A stretch of 63,319 nt of DNA, the filler included, from Octopus bimaculoides (taxonomy: Eukaryota): NCBI RefSeq assembly GCF_001194135.2. It is 6 parts of 6 records of this genome, joined end to end, with 100 filler letters (N's around TTAATTAATTAA, not from the genome) between each part and the next. Parts side by side here need not be neighbours in the genome. Positions count along the whole stretch, not along the records: positions 7,836 to 15,203 come from NC_068987.1; positions 15,304 to 30,808 come from NC_068995.1; 4 more parts are not named here. One strand, given 5' to 3'. Below are positions 10,426-24,307 of this stretch, piece by piece; within the stretch, counting starts at the first letter, position 1, and every line of letters begins with the position of its first letter. Below the pieces are notes generated by a model. The model had not been told where the DNA came from. It saw only the letters and a program-made list of their open reading frames with translations, and searched no databases. The position numbers and the translations under genes are program-made.

Positions 10426-11104
10426 CACACACATGCATATCTATTTATATCGATATACCTATTTAAAATGCACCATTCTGATGCAGTCATTTGCATGTTT
10501 CGGCAACATTATGAAATTACTTGTATACATTTGTGTAGAATAATATAATACATGTATACGTAGTCACGTGAGAAAGGCTATAGAAAAACATAATAAATTT
10601 TCATAGTAGCATAGTCCCATCAGCTAACTTCTAAATTACTCAATAGAAATCTAATAGGCACATCTTCAGTTCCAACTCAATTTTACCATTGGTGTGAAAC
10701 CATATGCTTTTTGTACGCACAGTCTTCTTTGCGAAACCAGAATCACAACAAAAACTTACTGCTATGCAAAGAATGCCATGATCTTATTTGGATGTATTAC
10801 TTACACCATTATTTCCATACTTAAATCATAAACAATAACAAAATTTCTATATCAAACCAAGATAGCTCTACTCTCCATTACCTTCTATCAACCTTAATCT
10901 AACAAACATATACATATCTCCTATACATTTCTGTTCACAATTACTTCCACGGCTCACCTAAGTTATACCTAATTATCATTCACAAATCTTCATCTTCCCC
11001 CAAATCAAACTTGCCAAAATTTATATAAAACCATGATATAACCCAAATAAAAGTATAATGAGCGCAAGTAACGCGAAACATCGAAGTTATTGTCAACCTT
11101 TTCC

Positions 11105-11182
11105 ATATACAAGTTTATATGTACTAAAACATATACACGTTTATATGTACTAAAACATATACAAGTTTATATGTACTAAAAC
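11105..11182 (+). repeat. 26-bp tandem repeat x3
   Basis: ATATACA(A/C)GTTTATATGTACTAAAAC three times with no spacers. Confidence 0.95.
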
Positions 11183-11377
11183 AAAATCAGTAATTATTTG
11201 TTTTTTTTTAAGTATATAACTTGACATGAAAGCAAATCACTATTTATCTACCGAAGTGTTTGTACGGATGTATATATATATATATATTTGCACATATATA
11301 CATTTATACATACACACACAAACAAATGTATATGCATACATATATATGTATATATATTATATATATATATGTGTGTC

Positions 11378-11429
<52 letters not shown>

Positions 11430-11706
11430 TATATGTGCTTGTGAGTTAGTGTATGTATATATGAACACACACATTGGACAAAATGTGAGAGAAGGAGTGA
11501 GTGAAGAAGAGATTGTTTGAAAGATAGCTAGATGTTATTATAATGAGATTTGATTGTTATTCCTAATATATCCGGTAACACGTTCCAAACGCTCAGATAA
11601 ATAAATATATAGAAATAGTTACGTTATCACGAAACGTAAACACAAATTCGATAATTTATTCAAAAATATTCGAAAAGGATGAAAAGGAAGGAACAAAATA
11701 AGTCCA

Positions 11707-11760
<54 letters not shown>

Positions 11761-11766
11761 ATCTAT

Positions 11767-11825
<59 letters not shown>

Positions 11826-11927
11826 CAATACAGTCTCTGGTTCGTTCCCTCGTTCGTTGTCTTTCTTTCCATAATATATACACACACATATACATATGTG
11901 TATTGATATATATATGTATATATATAC

Positions 11928-11961
<34 letters not shown>

Positions 11962-12003
11962 NNNNNNNNNNATATATATGTATATGTATTATGTGTGTAT
12001 GTG

Positions 12004-12037
<34 letters not shown>

Positions 12038-12519
12038 TGTATGTATGTATGTCGGTGGGTGTGTGCGAGTTCGTGTTTCTGTTTGTGTGATTACAGCAAC
12101 ATTTCACTGTCATTGCCGTCACCAAGTGTGATTACATCCCATCTGTAAATAAAGCTCCACACGTAGAAAAGCAAACTAAAATACAATTATTTTTTTGCGC
12201 GTTTTCAGAATAATACTCACGCATGTACATATATTTATGTATGTATACTTGTACGTATACATATACAAAGACATTTCTCATACAATTCATGTGTTCGCAT
12301 GCATGTGTGCATGTTGTTTGTGTGATAATTGAAATAATTGACTGCTATTCAAAATATGCTCAGCAACCCCTTTCCAGCCGAATATACGCATATAAGTATA
12401 TCAATATAGTTATGTATATTTACCAACAGTAAACAAAACTACGATTATTTCAAAATTTCCAGAAAAGAAGAAAGTAATCCAAAGTTTATTCATATTTGTC
12501 TGTCTGTCTACCAATTCCT

Positions 12520-13260
12520 TGAGTTAGTGTTTATGAATGTATTCCATGGCAGAGGGATTTTCTAAGTTTATTTCAGGACAGTCTTTTAAGCGGATGGCAT
12601 TGTAAATTGTTTTAGCAACAATATGGTGTCGCACAGGGAGGTAGTACCGAGACGACATTTTAGGACAGCTGCTAATCACATGCGTGATGTCTTCCACAGA
12701 AACATGACAGAGCCTGCACATGCGGTTGCACCTTGGGATTATAAGAGCGTCAATGTCTCTCTTATTCACCAGGTACTTTGTAGCAACTTCCTGTTCCTGG
12801 ATTGCAAACGCAAGTGTGATGTAATGTAGTGATCTTGTGTCCAAGAGAGGCTGCACTTCGTGTCAATTCTATATTCTTCTTCAAGCTTCCGGGCAACATA
12901 TTCATGCTTGGTCTTTTTTTTTTTTTTTTGCATGCTGAGTGCTTTCCATCCAGGTCTTCTCTGAGATAAGAGAGCCCAAGCAGGTGCTACCTGAGTGATA
13001 CCATACGGCATTCGAAGGCCATCTGCACTGATCTCAGGCCTCTGTCACCTTCATTTGTTTTTAGGTAGAGTTTGTAAATATCAGTGTTTCTGTGGAAGTT
13101 CCCACTTGTTAGAATTTTACGGGTTTTGATATCTACGGCGCGGATTTCCTCTACAGACCAATCAAGTATCCCAAATGTTGGAATCAGCACTGGTACTGAA
13201 AATGCATTGTGGGATATTGTTTTTTTTGGGGGGAAGAGGAGAGTTCCGACTGTCATGTTT
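12520..13260 (-). mobile_element. REL-type (R4/Dong-like) non-LTR retrotransposon fragment, thumb to CCHC knuckle
   Basis: FGILDWSVEEIRAVDIKTRKILT...KLYLKTNEGDRGL and CRLCHVSVEDITHVISSC...RHHIVA (CCHC knuckle plus RH motif). Confidence 0.8.
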
Positions 13261-13377
13261 CCCTAAGTCTGTCGTAATATTCTCGGGTCCTGTACACACA
13301 CATATACACACACACATACACATACACATACATATACATACATACATACATACATACATACATACATACATACACAT

Positions 13378-13528
13378 ACGACGGGCTTCTTTCCGTTTCC
13401 GTCTACCAACTCCACTCACGAAGCGTTCGTTGGTCCGAGTCTATAGCACAAGGCACTTGCTCTGTGGGACTGAACCCGGAATCCATGTGTATGGGAAGGG
13501 AGCTTCTAACAACACAGCCATGCCTGCC
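13378..13528 (-). mobile_element. SINE family A, 5' half
   Basis: Matches the head of 3945-4316 and is flanked by (CATA)n. Confidence 0.75.
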
Positions 13529-14473
13529 CTTATATTGAAATTATTTAGAACATCGTTGTGTTTCTTTCGGTGACCAGACATTCCTTCACCGGAAAGTCTA
13601 CTTAGGCATTTTAAATGAAGTGTGCATCTGAACTTAATTTCATCACGTACCTGTTTCTCTTCAGTTAACTAATAAAAAGAAACAGGCTTGGGTTGCTTAT
13701 TCGTTGTCTACTCTTCCTATATAATTTAAAACTGTGTAATTCACACTCATGTATTTTGTGAAATGAAACACAAGGTTGTATTCTGATGACCTTTCTATAG
13801 TACCCCGGGAAACTACATTTGTGCATAGAAAATAACTTTCCTGACAAGGCAAAGAAAATTTCGATAACTTTGTTAGAGTAATTTACGTAAGTTAGTTAAA
13901 GCTACTTTATATCTCGTTATCAGAGGTAATTCTCAGTCGGTGGTGAGGTCTTTGTCACGGTCGAATGAAACAGCATTAAGATGACAGCATGTTATGGTTT
14001 TACGCTTGACTTTACTTTGATAGTTGGATGGTGAACTTCCGGTGGTGAACTTCCGATTATTTACATCTGGAGAGCATTTTATTATAAATTAAGATATAAA
14101 ATCTATTCTCATGGCGACATTTACTAATTAACTTCTATTCTTTTTAGCTTCTTTGTTAGGACTGTTTGTTTGCTAAAATTTTGGGTTTGTCATTGATATA
14201 TTTGCTTCCGTGGATTAAGAAGTCTCATAAATTTTTAAATCAACGGGTTTATTAATTGTTATACGTAGGTTGGAAGACCTGAAATGTTCCCTGTCTTTTC
14301 GAATTTGCAAATATATTTCTAACGACTATGAAAGGGACCCTTGTCTATAAAAGTATATAAATTTCGTTTCTTTGACACTATGAGTAAGAGAATTCACATG
14401 AACTTCATTCCAAAAACAAACACTTTGAACTCTGAGCGTGGCGGCAGACGAAATACTGTTAAGCAAGAGTGTG

Positions 14474-14830
14474 TGTGTGGTAAGAAACTTGCTTACCAAC
14501 CACATGGTTCCGGGTTCAGTCGCATTGCGTGAAACCATGGGCAAGTATCTTCTACTATAGCCTCGGGGTGACCAAAGCCTTGTGAGTGAATTTGGTAGAC
14601 GGAAACTGAAAGAAGCCCGTTGTATATATATATGTATATGTGTGCGCGCGCGCGCATGTATGTTTGTGTGTGTGTGTTTACGTGCCCGCAACATAGCAGT
14701 TCGGCAGAAGTAACTGACAGAATAAGTACTAGGCTTACAAAGAATAAGTCCTGCTGTCGATTTGTTCCACTAAAGGCAGCGCTCCAGCATGGCTGCAGTC
14801 AAATAACTGAAACAAAATAAAAGAATAAAA
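14474..14830 (+). mobile_element. SINE family A, full length
   Basis: GTGTGGTAAG...GGGTTCAGTC head, internal (TA/TG)n tract, tail GCGCTCCAGCATGGCTGCAGTCAAATAACTGAAAC. Confidence 0.8.
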
Positions 14831-14884
14831 AAGCTTCTCACCCGGCGTGCTAACGATTCTGCCAGCTCGCCGCTTATTAATTTT

Positions 14885-15100
14885 AATTGTCTGTTCTACT
14901 ACATACAGAAGGCCTGAAATTTTGTGGGAAGCGACTAGTCGATTATATCCCACCCAGTGTTACACTCGTACTTAATTTATCCATCCCGAAAGAATGAAAG
15001 GTAGAAATTATGGTGGAAATTGAACACAAAACGTATCGACGGGAGAAATACCGCAAAGCATTTCGTCCAGCGTAATAACGATTCGTGCCAGCTCACCGTG
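14885..15100 (-). mobile_element. SINE family B (tRNA-like head, central CCTTTCATCCTTTCGGG...AAGTAC domain)
   Basis: Similar to copies at 34020-34265, 56593-56805 and 61170-61380. Confidence 0.7.
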
Positions 15101-15145
15101 TCACTTTAATGACATGTGCTGCTCTCTCATTCAATAATAATAATG

Positions 15146-15203
<58 letters not shown>

Positions 15204-15303
15204 NNNNNNNNNNNNNNNNNNNNNNNNNNNNNNNNNNNNNNNNNNNNTTAATTAATTAANNNNNNNNNNNNNNNNNNNNNNNNNNNNNNNNNNNNNNNNN
15301 NNN
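15204..15303. other. Artificial scaffold-joining spacer
   Basis: N44-TTAATTAATTAA-N44. Confidence 0.95.
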
Positions 15304-15357
<54 letters not shown>

Positions 15358-15559
15358 ACACACATATATATATATATATATATCAATGTTTGATTTTATG
15401 TTCACTTATAATAAAAGCAATTTTACTTTAATTTGACTGGTTAGTTTATGTTTTGTAGAATACAAATTTACTATTCTTAAAGAAGAAAATTATTGATAGT
15501 GACTTCGCGGTTTCGGTCAGCTAAATCCTCGTCGGACTGCAGTGCACTGAATTTAAATG

Positions 15560-15670
15560 ATACGTCACTATCCAAACATATCTGGTCATTAAAATAAAAA
15601 TAAATGTTACTTTGAATATGAATTGGGAAGTACTCTCCCTTACACACCTATACGAAGGTAAGAAGGTTAG
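15560..15670 (+). mobile_element. Penelope-like GIY-YIG endonuclease C-terminal fragment (degenerate)
   Basis: NDTSLSKHIWSLK matches the TxLSKHIWxLK motif of Penelope-like elements; stops follow. Confidence 0.5.
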
Positions 15671-15910
15671 AATTTTCTTCTGGTCGAAGAGCCCATCCCA
15701 CTCAAAAGATCTCTGAATAAGGCTTGTTTAAGGATGTTGAACGAGTCATCCATGTTTCTTCTCAACACATAGATATGATGCTCCTCCACTATTTCTGTTC
15801 GTGATCAGGGATGTACGTATCAGCCAGTAAAGGACATGTTCACCTGGTTAAGGTCAAGCAGCTGACAAGTAAATCTGTAGTATTAAGCAGAATATTTGCT
15901 GTAGCCCATC

Positions 15911-16049
<139 letters not shown>

Positions 16050-16327
16050 TTCTTTCATTGTTATTATCGCTATTATTGTTACTAATATTTCTTTTCTTTG
16101 CCACTGGGCATCAGATGAGGAGGGCGTTGCAATTACAATCTGTATTGGGATTTAGCAAAACAATGAGGGGAAGAAATAGCGAGGATGGGAGATGAGAATA
16201 TTTAGTATACAGAAGTGCGCGCGCACATGTGTGTGTGCATACGTGCGTGTGTGTCTTTGTACACGATATACATATATACATATATATACATAGACATATA
16301 TATATAGGTATACACAAAACATGCACA

Positions 16328-16372
<45 letters not shown>

Positions 16373-18329
16373 ACACATCAGTATTAAAGGAATATGTTTG
16401 CGTGTACTTGTTTGCCACATGTTTGATTTCTGAAGTATACATTTTTTAAAGAGATAAAAATAATACACCAGATTTTATAGCCGCAATTAAGATACACACA
16501 CACGCACGCACGCACACACATACACACACACACACACACTCACACACACACACATGCATACACGAAGAAAGTTAGAAGAGGGAAGAGTGAAGAGGGAGGT
16601 ATATGCTGTCGGTCATTGTGTTGATCGATCCGAAATCACAACGACTTTCACACCTCCTCACGACTCTATCGATCATTCTTTTCTGCCAACATCATGTCGC
16701 TATCAATATATGTCTATATGGATCGTGTGTGCATGTATTGGTCTCTGTGTGTGTATGTGTGTGTGTGCGTGTGTGTGTTTGAGTATAGGTGTGTGCGTGT
16801 GCGTGTGCGTGCAGTTGTATGTGCAACAGTGTGCGCTCGTGTGTACGTATGCAAGTGCATAAATGTCTGAGCACAAACGTTTGCGCATGTTCACGAATAT
16901 ATAGATGCATTATGGGTATATCTATTTATCTACTCTCTCTCCCTCCCCTCTCTCTCTTTCTCTCTCTCTCCCTATACATATNNNNNNNNNNNNNNNNNNN
17001 NNNNNNNNNNNNNNNNNNNNNNNNNNNNNNNNNNNNNNNNNNNNNNNNNNNNNNNNNNNNNNNNNNNNNNNNNNNNNNNNNNNNNNNNNNNNNNNNNNNN
17101 NNNNNNNNNNNNNNNNNNNNNNNNNNNNNNNNNNNNNNNNNNNNNNNNNNNNNNNNNNNNNNNNNNNNNNNNNNNNNNNNNNNNNNNNNNNNNNNNNNNN
17201 NNNNNNNNNNNNNNNNNNNNNNNNNNNNNNNNNNNNNNNNNNNNNNNNNNNNNNNNNNNNNNNNNNNNNNNNNNNNNNNNNNNNNNNNNNNNNNNNNNNN
17301 NNNNNNNNNNNNNNNNNNNNNNNNNNNNNNNNNNNNNNNNNNNNNNNNNNNNNNNNNNNNNNNNNNNNNNNNNNNNNNNNNNNNNNNNNNNNNNNNNNNN
17401 NNNNNNNNNNNNNNNNNNNNNNNNNNNNNNNNNNNNNNNNNNNNNNNNNNNNNNNNNNNNNNNNNNNNNNNNNNNNNNNNNNNNNNNNNNNNNNNNNNNN
17501 NNNNNNNNNNNNNNNNNNNNNNNNNNNNNNNNNNNNNNNNNNNNNNNNNNNNNNNNNNNNNNNNNNNNNNNNNNNNNNNNNNNNNNNNNNNNNNNNNNNN
17601 NNNNNNNNNNNNNNNNNNNNNNNNNNNNNNNNNNNNNNNNNNNNNNNNNNNNNNNNNNNNNNNNNNNNNNNNNNNNNNNNNNNNNNNNNNNNNNNNNNNN
17701 NNNNNNNNNNNNNNNNNNNNNNNNNNNNNNNNNNNNNNNNNNNNNNNNNNNNNNNNNNNNNNNNNNNNNNNNNNNNNNNNNNNNNNNNNNNNNNNNNNNN
17801 NNNNNNNNNNNNNNNNNNNNNNNNNNNNNNNNNNNNNTTTATATATACTCCATACAATTACTCCCACTTTCATTGCATCGCTCGCCAATATCTCCTCGGT
17901 ATCGAATGCTGTAGCTGTCGAAAAGTTGCTGTTGTTGTAGTCGCCGTCGTTGCGTCTATTTTGACGTATTTTTTTTATTGTTGTTATTGTTGACACTGTT
18001 GCAGTTGCCACTACTTTTCTTATTGTTGTTTATACTGAGTCTCCTGTTTATGCCCAACACCACCACCACCACCACCACCACCACCACCGCTGCTACCACC
18101 ACCAGCACTACCACCGCTGCCACTACTACAGTAACCACCGTTGTTTACGTTACGTCTGTTGTTGTTGTTGTTGATGTTGTTTTTTTCATTGGTGCTGTTG
18201 TTCTATAAATCACAACCCCTTCACGGCTGACTGACTGCCAATACGTGAGAACCATTACCCGTTCACAGCTGACTAGCTGCTCGTATAGCATTGATCAAAT
18301 GGCTGATCAGTCAAGCGTGACCGGCTTGC

Positions 18330-19422
18330 TTCATGTCGTCGTCGTGGTCGTCGTCGTCGTCGTCATCATCACCGTCATCATCACCATCATCACGATCGTT
18401 ATTGTCATCGCTGTTGTTATATGGTTACTCCCATGATCATTATCGTCGTCACCCGAATCGTGATGAACACCACCACCACCACCAACAACAACTTCATTAA
18501 CATCATCGCCGTCGTCGTCATCATCATTATTATTACTATCATAATTATTATGACTACAGTCATTATCATCATCGTTATCATCATCATCAACATCATCATC
18601 ATCAACATCATCATCATCATAATCATCATCTTCATCGTTCACCCCCTCCTTATTGTCATCGCCGTCACCACCACCACCACCAGACTTTGTAATCATGGTT
18701 GCGTCATCATCATCATACCTACCATCATCATCATCATTGTCGTCATCGTCATCGTCGTCTTCATCACCATCATCATCATCATCATCTTCGTCACCTTCAT
18801 CATCGCCATCAACCTCCTCCACCTCCTACTGCTCCTCCTCCTCCTCATCATCATCATAATCATCATCACCATTATCACCATCATCACCACCACCACCACC
18901 ACCAACCACCACCACCATCACTATCATCATCATTATCATCATCGTCACCACCACCACCACCACCATCATCATCATTATCATCATCATCGTCGTCATCATC
19001 ATGACCATCGTCGTCATCGCTATTGACTCCCGGTTTGCTTCTTCCCAAATCACCGAAATCGATACTACAAACNNNNNNNNNNNNNNNNNNNNNNNNNNNN
19101 NNNNNNNNNNNNNNNNNNNNNNNNNNNNNNNNNNNNNNNNNNNNNNNNNNNNNNNNNNNNNNNNNNNNNNNNNNNNNNNNNNNNNNNNNNNNNNNNNNNN
19201 NNNNNNNNNNNNNNNNNNNNNNNNNNNNNNNNNNNNNNNNNNNNNNNNNNNNNNNNNNNNNNNNNNNNNNNNNNNNNNNNNNNNNNNNNNNNNNNNNNNN
19301 NNNNNNNNNNNNNNNNNNNNNNNNNNNNNNNNNNNNNNNNNNNNNNNNNNNNNNNNNNNNNNACCACCACCACCACCACCACCAACACCACCACCACCAT
19401 CACTATCATCATCATCATCGTC

Positions 19423-19454
<32 letters not shown>

Positions 19455-19560
19455 CATCATCATAATCACCATCATCATCACCACCACCACCATCATCATC
19501 ATTATCATCATCATCGTCGTCATCATCATGACCATCGTCGTCATCGCTATTGACTCCCGG
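18330..19560 (+). repeat. Long cryptic trinucleotide tract (ATC/GTC/ACC)n spanning a gap
   Basis: Read directly; it produces the poly-His/Ser/Ile/Asp pseudo-ORFs. Confidence 0.9.
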
Positions 19561-20004
19561 TTTGCTTCTTCCCAAATCACCGAAATCGATACTACAAACC
19601 AATCAAACGTCATGGTCTTGACTTCGTATAGGAACTGTTATAACGCCATTGTTATTGTTGTTGTTTATCCTATTATTGTTATCGTTTGCTAATGTTGCAT
19701 TCAATTTGTTGTTGTTGTTGTTTTGTTTTGTCTTTTTTTTGTTTTTCGTTGGCTGTTTGAATGTTATCTTCTTTATTACCGTCATTCTTATTCATTGATC
19801 GTTGTTGGTGTTGTTGTTATTGTTGCTGTTTTTATGGGCGTTATGGCTGTTCTTGTTGATGCTGTAGTTAATGCACGTATCACTCTTTCTATGGCATACG
19901 TACGCATGTATGTGTGTGGGTATGTGTACATATATGTGTGTGTGTGTGTGTGCATGAGTGTGCGCGCGCGAGCTTGAGTGTGTGTGTAAAAATATATATT
20001 TATT

Positions 20005-20050
<46 letters not shown>

Positions 20051-21144
20051 NNNNNNNNNNNNNNNNNNNNNNNNNNNNNNNNNNNNNNNNNNNNNNNNNN
20101 NNNNNNNNNNNNNNNNNNNNNNNNNNNNNNNNNNNNNNNNNNNNNNNNNNNNNNNNNNNNNNNNNNNNNNNNNNNNNNNNNNNNNNNNNNNNNNNNNNNN
20201 NNNNNNNNNNNNNNNNNNNNNNNNNNNNNNNNNNNNNNNNNNNNNNNNNNNNNNNNNNNNNNNNNNNNNNNNNNNNNNNNNNNNNNNNNNNNNNNNNNNN
20301 NNNNNNNNNNNNNNNNNNNNNNNNNNNNNNNNNNNNNNNNNNNNNNNNNNNNNNNNNNNNNNNNNNNNNNNNNNNNNNNNNNNNNNNNNNNNNNNNNNNN
20401 NNNNNNNNNNNNNNNNNNNNNNNNNNNNNNNNNNNNNNNNNNNNNNNNNNNNNNNNNNNNNNNNNNNNNNNNNNNNNNNNNNNNNNNNNNNNNNNNNNNN
20501 NNNNNNNNNNNNNNNNNNNNNNNNNNNNNNNNNNNNNNNNNNNNNNNNNNNNNNNNNNNNNNNNNNNNNNNNNNNNNNNNNNNNNNNNNNNNNNNNNNNN
20601 NNNNNNNNNNNNNNNNNNNNNNNNNNNNNNNNNNNNNNNNNNNNNNNNNNNNNNNNNNNNNNNNNNNNNNNNNNNNNNNNNNNNNNNNNNNNNNNNNNNN
20701 NNNNNNNNNNNNNNNNNNNNNNNNNNNNNNNNNNNNNNNNNNNNNNNNNNNNNNNNNNNNNNNNNNNNNNNNNNNNNNNNNNNNNNNNNNNNNNNNNNNN
20801 NNNNNNNNNNNNNNNNNNNNNNNNNNNNNNNNNNNNNNNNNNNNNNNNNNNNNNNNNNNNNNNNNNNNNNNNNNNNNNNNNNNNNNNNNNNNNNNNNNNN
20901 NNNNNNNNNNNNNNNNNNNNNNNNNNNNNNNNNNNNNNNNNTATATATATATTTATATATGTATAGATATATATGTATATATGTATATATATATATGCAT
21001 GCATATATGTATGTATGCATGTGTATATATATATATATATATATATGTATACATATATACACACATATATATATATATTTATATATGTATAGATATATAT
21101 GTATATATGTATATATATATATGCATGCATATATGTATGTATGC

Positions 21145-21190
<46 letters not shown>

Positions 21191-21199
21191 GCGTGTATG

Positions 21200-21230
<31 letters not shown>

Positions 21231-21446
21231 ACACTTACTTCTACACGATTTGTTCACTTGTTCCCAAGTTTTGGCATTCTCGAATCTTTAGTCCAATAGG
21301 ATATTTTAATTTTCTTTTGCATTACTCATATTCGTCTGTCTGGTAGCCGCTCGGTGATTTCTGTTGTGTATGTATAATTATTATAATTATTTTAGTCTGT
21401 CTTGTTTGTTTTCTTTAATGTCCCTGTACATGTATGTATATCTATC

Positions 21447-21511
<65 letters not shown>

Positions 21512-21513
21512 CC

Positions 21514-21569
<56 letters not shown>

Positions 21570-21689
21570 NNNNNNNNNNATATATATATATATATATATA
21601 TATATGATGACGGGCTTCTTTCAGTTTCTGTCTACCAAATCCATTCACAATGCTTTGGTCTGTCCTTGGCTCTGTTGTTGATGCTGTTG

Positions 21690-21795
21690 TTTGTTGTTGA
21701 TGCTGAAATTCTAATGAAGGAGCCTTGGATCTAGGTTAGAAACCGGCTTTTTCACTATTGGCAAGATATCTTGAAATAAAACTGGATAATGACAT
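21690..21795 (+). mobile_element. Short repeat family C (hammerhead-like vestige, (ATAC)n-associated), copy 1
   Basis: Matches the reverse complements of 48457-48570 and 49183-49300. Confidence 0.7.
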
Positions 21796-22510
21796 ACATA
21801 CATACATACCTACATACATACATGTATACATACATACATACATACATACATGTATTTGTAGGTTTTCATGCAAGATATTAGTGCTTATTCGTTTGCTTGT
21901 ATACCCTCGCAACATCAAGAACTGTATAAACATCATCAGTAATGTTTTTTTTGTTGTTGCTTCTATTCCGCCTTTAAAACTCAAAAGTTTCACGCTTAAT
22001 TAAATCATTAATATTTGTTGTTGCTTTTATTGTTGCTGTCGTTGATTTTGTTGTTATTGTTGCTCTCCGTTGCTTTTCTAGCCACTCACAGCAAACAGTG
22101 AGGAAATCCGCAGAGAGAATTTATGCAGGATCAGGAAACGCCATTTTGAGTGAAGTCCGAGAAATTATCGCGCTTTAACCGGTCAGCCATTTTTGTCTGA
22201 TCAACTAACTTCTGAAAAACGTTTCTTGCTGATCAAAGCAACCAAATTGATTGCATCTATCTAGCTGTCGATAGAATGACTTCACTCGTGTGTCTGTGTA
22301 TGTATATATGGTTAAATGTGTTTATGCATACTTATGTATATGTACTATCCGGTTATTTATCTACCTGTCTCTCTATCTCTCGATCTATCTATCGATCTAT
22401 CTATCGATCTATCTACCTACCTGTGTATCTCTCTATCTAAATGCTTTTCTCTCTGTCTGTCTATTCATCCATCTCTCTTTCGCAATATATATGTGTGTAT
22501 GTGTATGTGT

Positions 22511-22562
<52 letters not shown>

Positions 22563-22899
22563 GTGTGTGCAGTGTTTTCTTGTATACGTGTGTTTGTACG
22601 TATGCGCATGTGCATGTATGCATTCACGCGTAGGCTCTTTATCTTTTCTTGTTTACCATAAAATGCAATACATTCTGTGAATTCCACACTCTAGAGGTAG
22701 TGTAATCTTACCAACAAGTGTATACGTGGCGGTTTCCATCCCCGATGGAATCAATTCGTTTCAACGACAGTTGGTAATTTCAAAAGAAACATTTATCTAT
22801 ATGTAACTAAGGATGCGTGTGAAATATATTCGCATAGATAAATAGATATATGGCTGGAGTCTTGCTTGAAATATGTTGGTAAAGATACATAAAAAAGCA

Positions 22900-23145
22900 T
22901 CAAATATCGTTTCTGAACCATAATCTCATATGGTCGGTTTCCCAGATTCTGTGGTATATGAATTACACTCCCAGGACAGGACGCCAGTCTCTTACAGGAT
23001 TAGTCACTTTTACCAGCTGGGTGGAATGCGGTAACGTGAAATGAAGTGTTTTGATCAAGAACACAATGCGCAGTCAGTCAGAGGTTGAACTCACCATCTC
23101 ACTGCCGTGAGCGTAGCACGCCTAACCATTAAGCCACGTACCTTG
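22900..23145 (-). mobile_element. tRNA-derived SINE with Meta/V-domain-like centre
   Basis: On minus: GTGGCTTAATGGTTAG (A box), GAGTTCAACC (B box), GTGTTCTTGATCAAAACACTT, CCTGTAAGAGACTGGCGTCCTGTCC. The domain assignment is from memory. Confidence 0.5.
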
Positions 23146-24133
23146 ACATGTAAGAGATGCGTTGGTATAGATAAATTGCTATAGATAAGTAAGGTCTTAC
23201 TTCAGTCAATCGGATAGTATAGTTTAACCTTTCTCATATAACTTACTATTCAAGATTTCCCTGTCGGCCAAATACAGATGAATACCAAACATTTCAGTGT
23301 ACGTATGAAAATACGATTCATTGATACACGAGTATATATATATATATATATATATATATNNNNNNNNNNNNNNNNNNNNNNNNNNNNNNNNNNNNNNNNN
23401 NNNNNNNNNNNNNNNNNNNNNNNNNNNNNNNNNNNNNNNNNNNNNNNNNNNNNNNNNNNNNNNNNNNNNNNNNNNNNNNNNNNNNNNNNNNNNNNNNNNN
23501 NNNNNNNNNNNNNNNNNNNNNNNNNNNNNNNNNNNNNNNNNNNNNNNNNNNNNNNNNNNNNNNNNNNNNNNNNNNNNNNNNNNNNNNNNNNNNNNNNNNN
23601 NNNNNNNNNNNNNNNNNNNNNNNNNNNNNNNNNNNNNNNNNNNNNNNNNNNNNNNNNNNNNNNNNNNNNNNNNNNNNNNNNNNNNNNNNNNNNNNNNNNN
23701 NNNNNNNNNNNNNNNNNNNNNNNNNNNNNNNNNNNNNNNNTATATATATATATATATATACATACTTATAGACATACATGCATACATAGGTACATACATG
23801 TATGAATGTACATAGGTGCATACATACACACATACATACATGCATACGTACATACATACATACATACATACATACATACATACATACATACATACATGCA
23901 TGCATGCATATATACATATACACATAATTAGGTTGTCGGCGAATATCTAGCGTTGCTAGTATATGTATCAGAATATCTTGCGATATTTTACCGTGATTCT
24001 CTATGGTCTGAGTTTAAATACACTTTTCTTTTCTTTTCTGATGATAGTAAAAACAACAACAACAAAAATCCAGTCCAACGATGTACATTGGTGCTATTTG
24101 TTTCCGCTCTTTTAAAACGTTTACACATGCAAA

Positions 24134-24275
24134 CATGGCTGTGTGGTAAGAATCTTGCTTTCCAGCCCCATGGTTCCGGGTTCAGTCCCACTGCGTGGCA
24201 CCTTGGGCTATAGCCTCGGGCCAACCAATGCCCTGTGAGTGGATTTGGTAGGAAATTGAAAGAAGTCCGTCGTAT
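24134..24275 (+). mobile_element. SINE family A, 5' half
   Basis: TGGCTGTGTGGTAAG...GGGTTCAGTCCCACTGCGTGGCACCTTGGGC, running into (TA)n and a gap. Confidence 0.8.
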
Positions 24276-24276
24276 G

Positions 24277-24307
<31 letters not shown>

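Noticed and set aside
11105-11182. 26-bp repeats as a possible CRISPR-like array
   Set aside because: Head-to-tail with no spacers, in eukaryotic context, with no cas genes.
18880-19599. Identical ~75-nt unique block on both sides of gap 19073-19362 (18998-19072 and 19525-19599)
   Set aside because: Most likely an unmerged overlap of two alleles differing in microsatellite length, i.e. an assembly artefact.
18331-19613. Poly-His/Asp/Ser/Ile/Met ORFs, also at 15811-16195 and 26222-27101
   Set aside because: Trinucleotide microsatellites open in several frames on both strands; no splice or domain evidence.
20942-21230. Apparent ~127-bp tandem duplication of AT-rich sequence
   Set aside because: Low-complexity sequence directly beside a gap; cannot be told apart from misassembly.
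22100-22195. tRNA-Ser/Leu-like sequence on the minus strand (TGGCTGACCGGTTAAAGCG...GATCCTGC)
   Set aside because: I cannot form a cloverleaf; probably a decayed SINE head.
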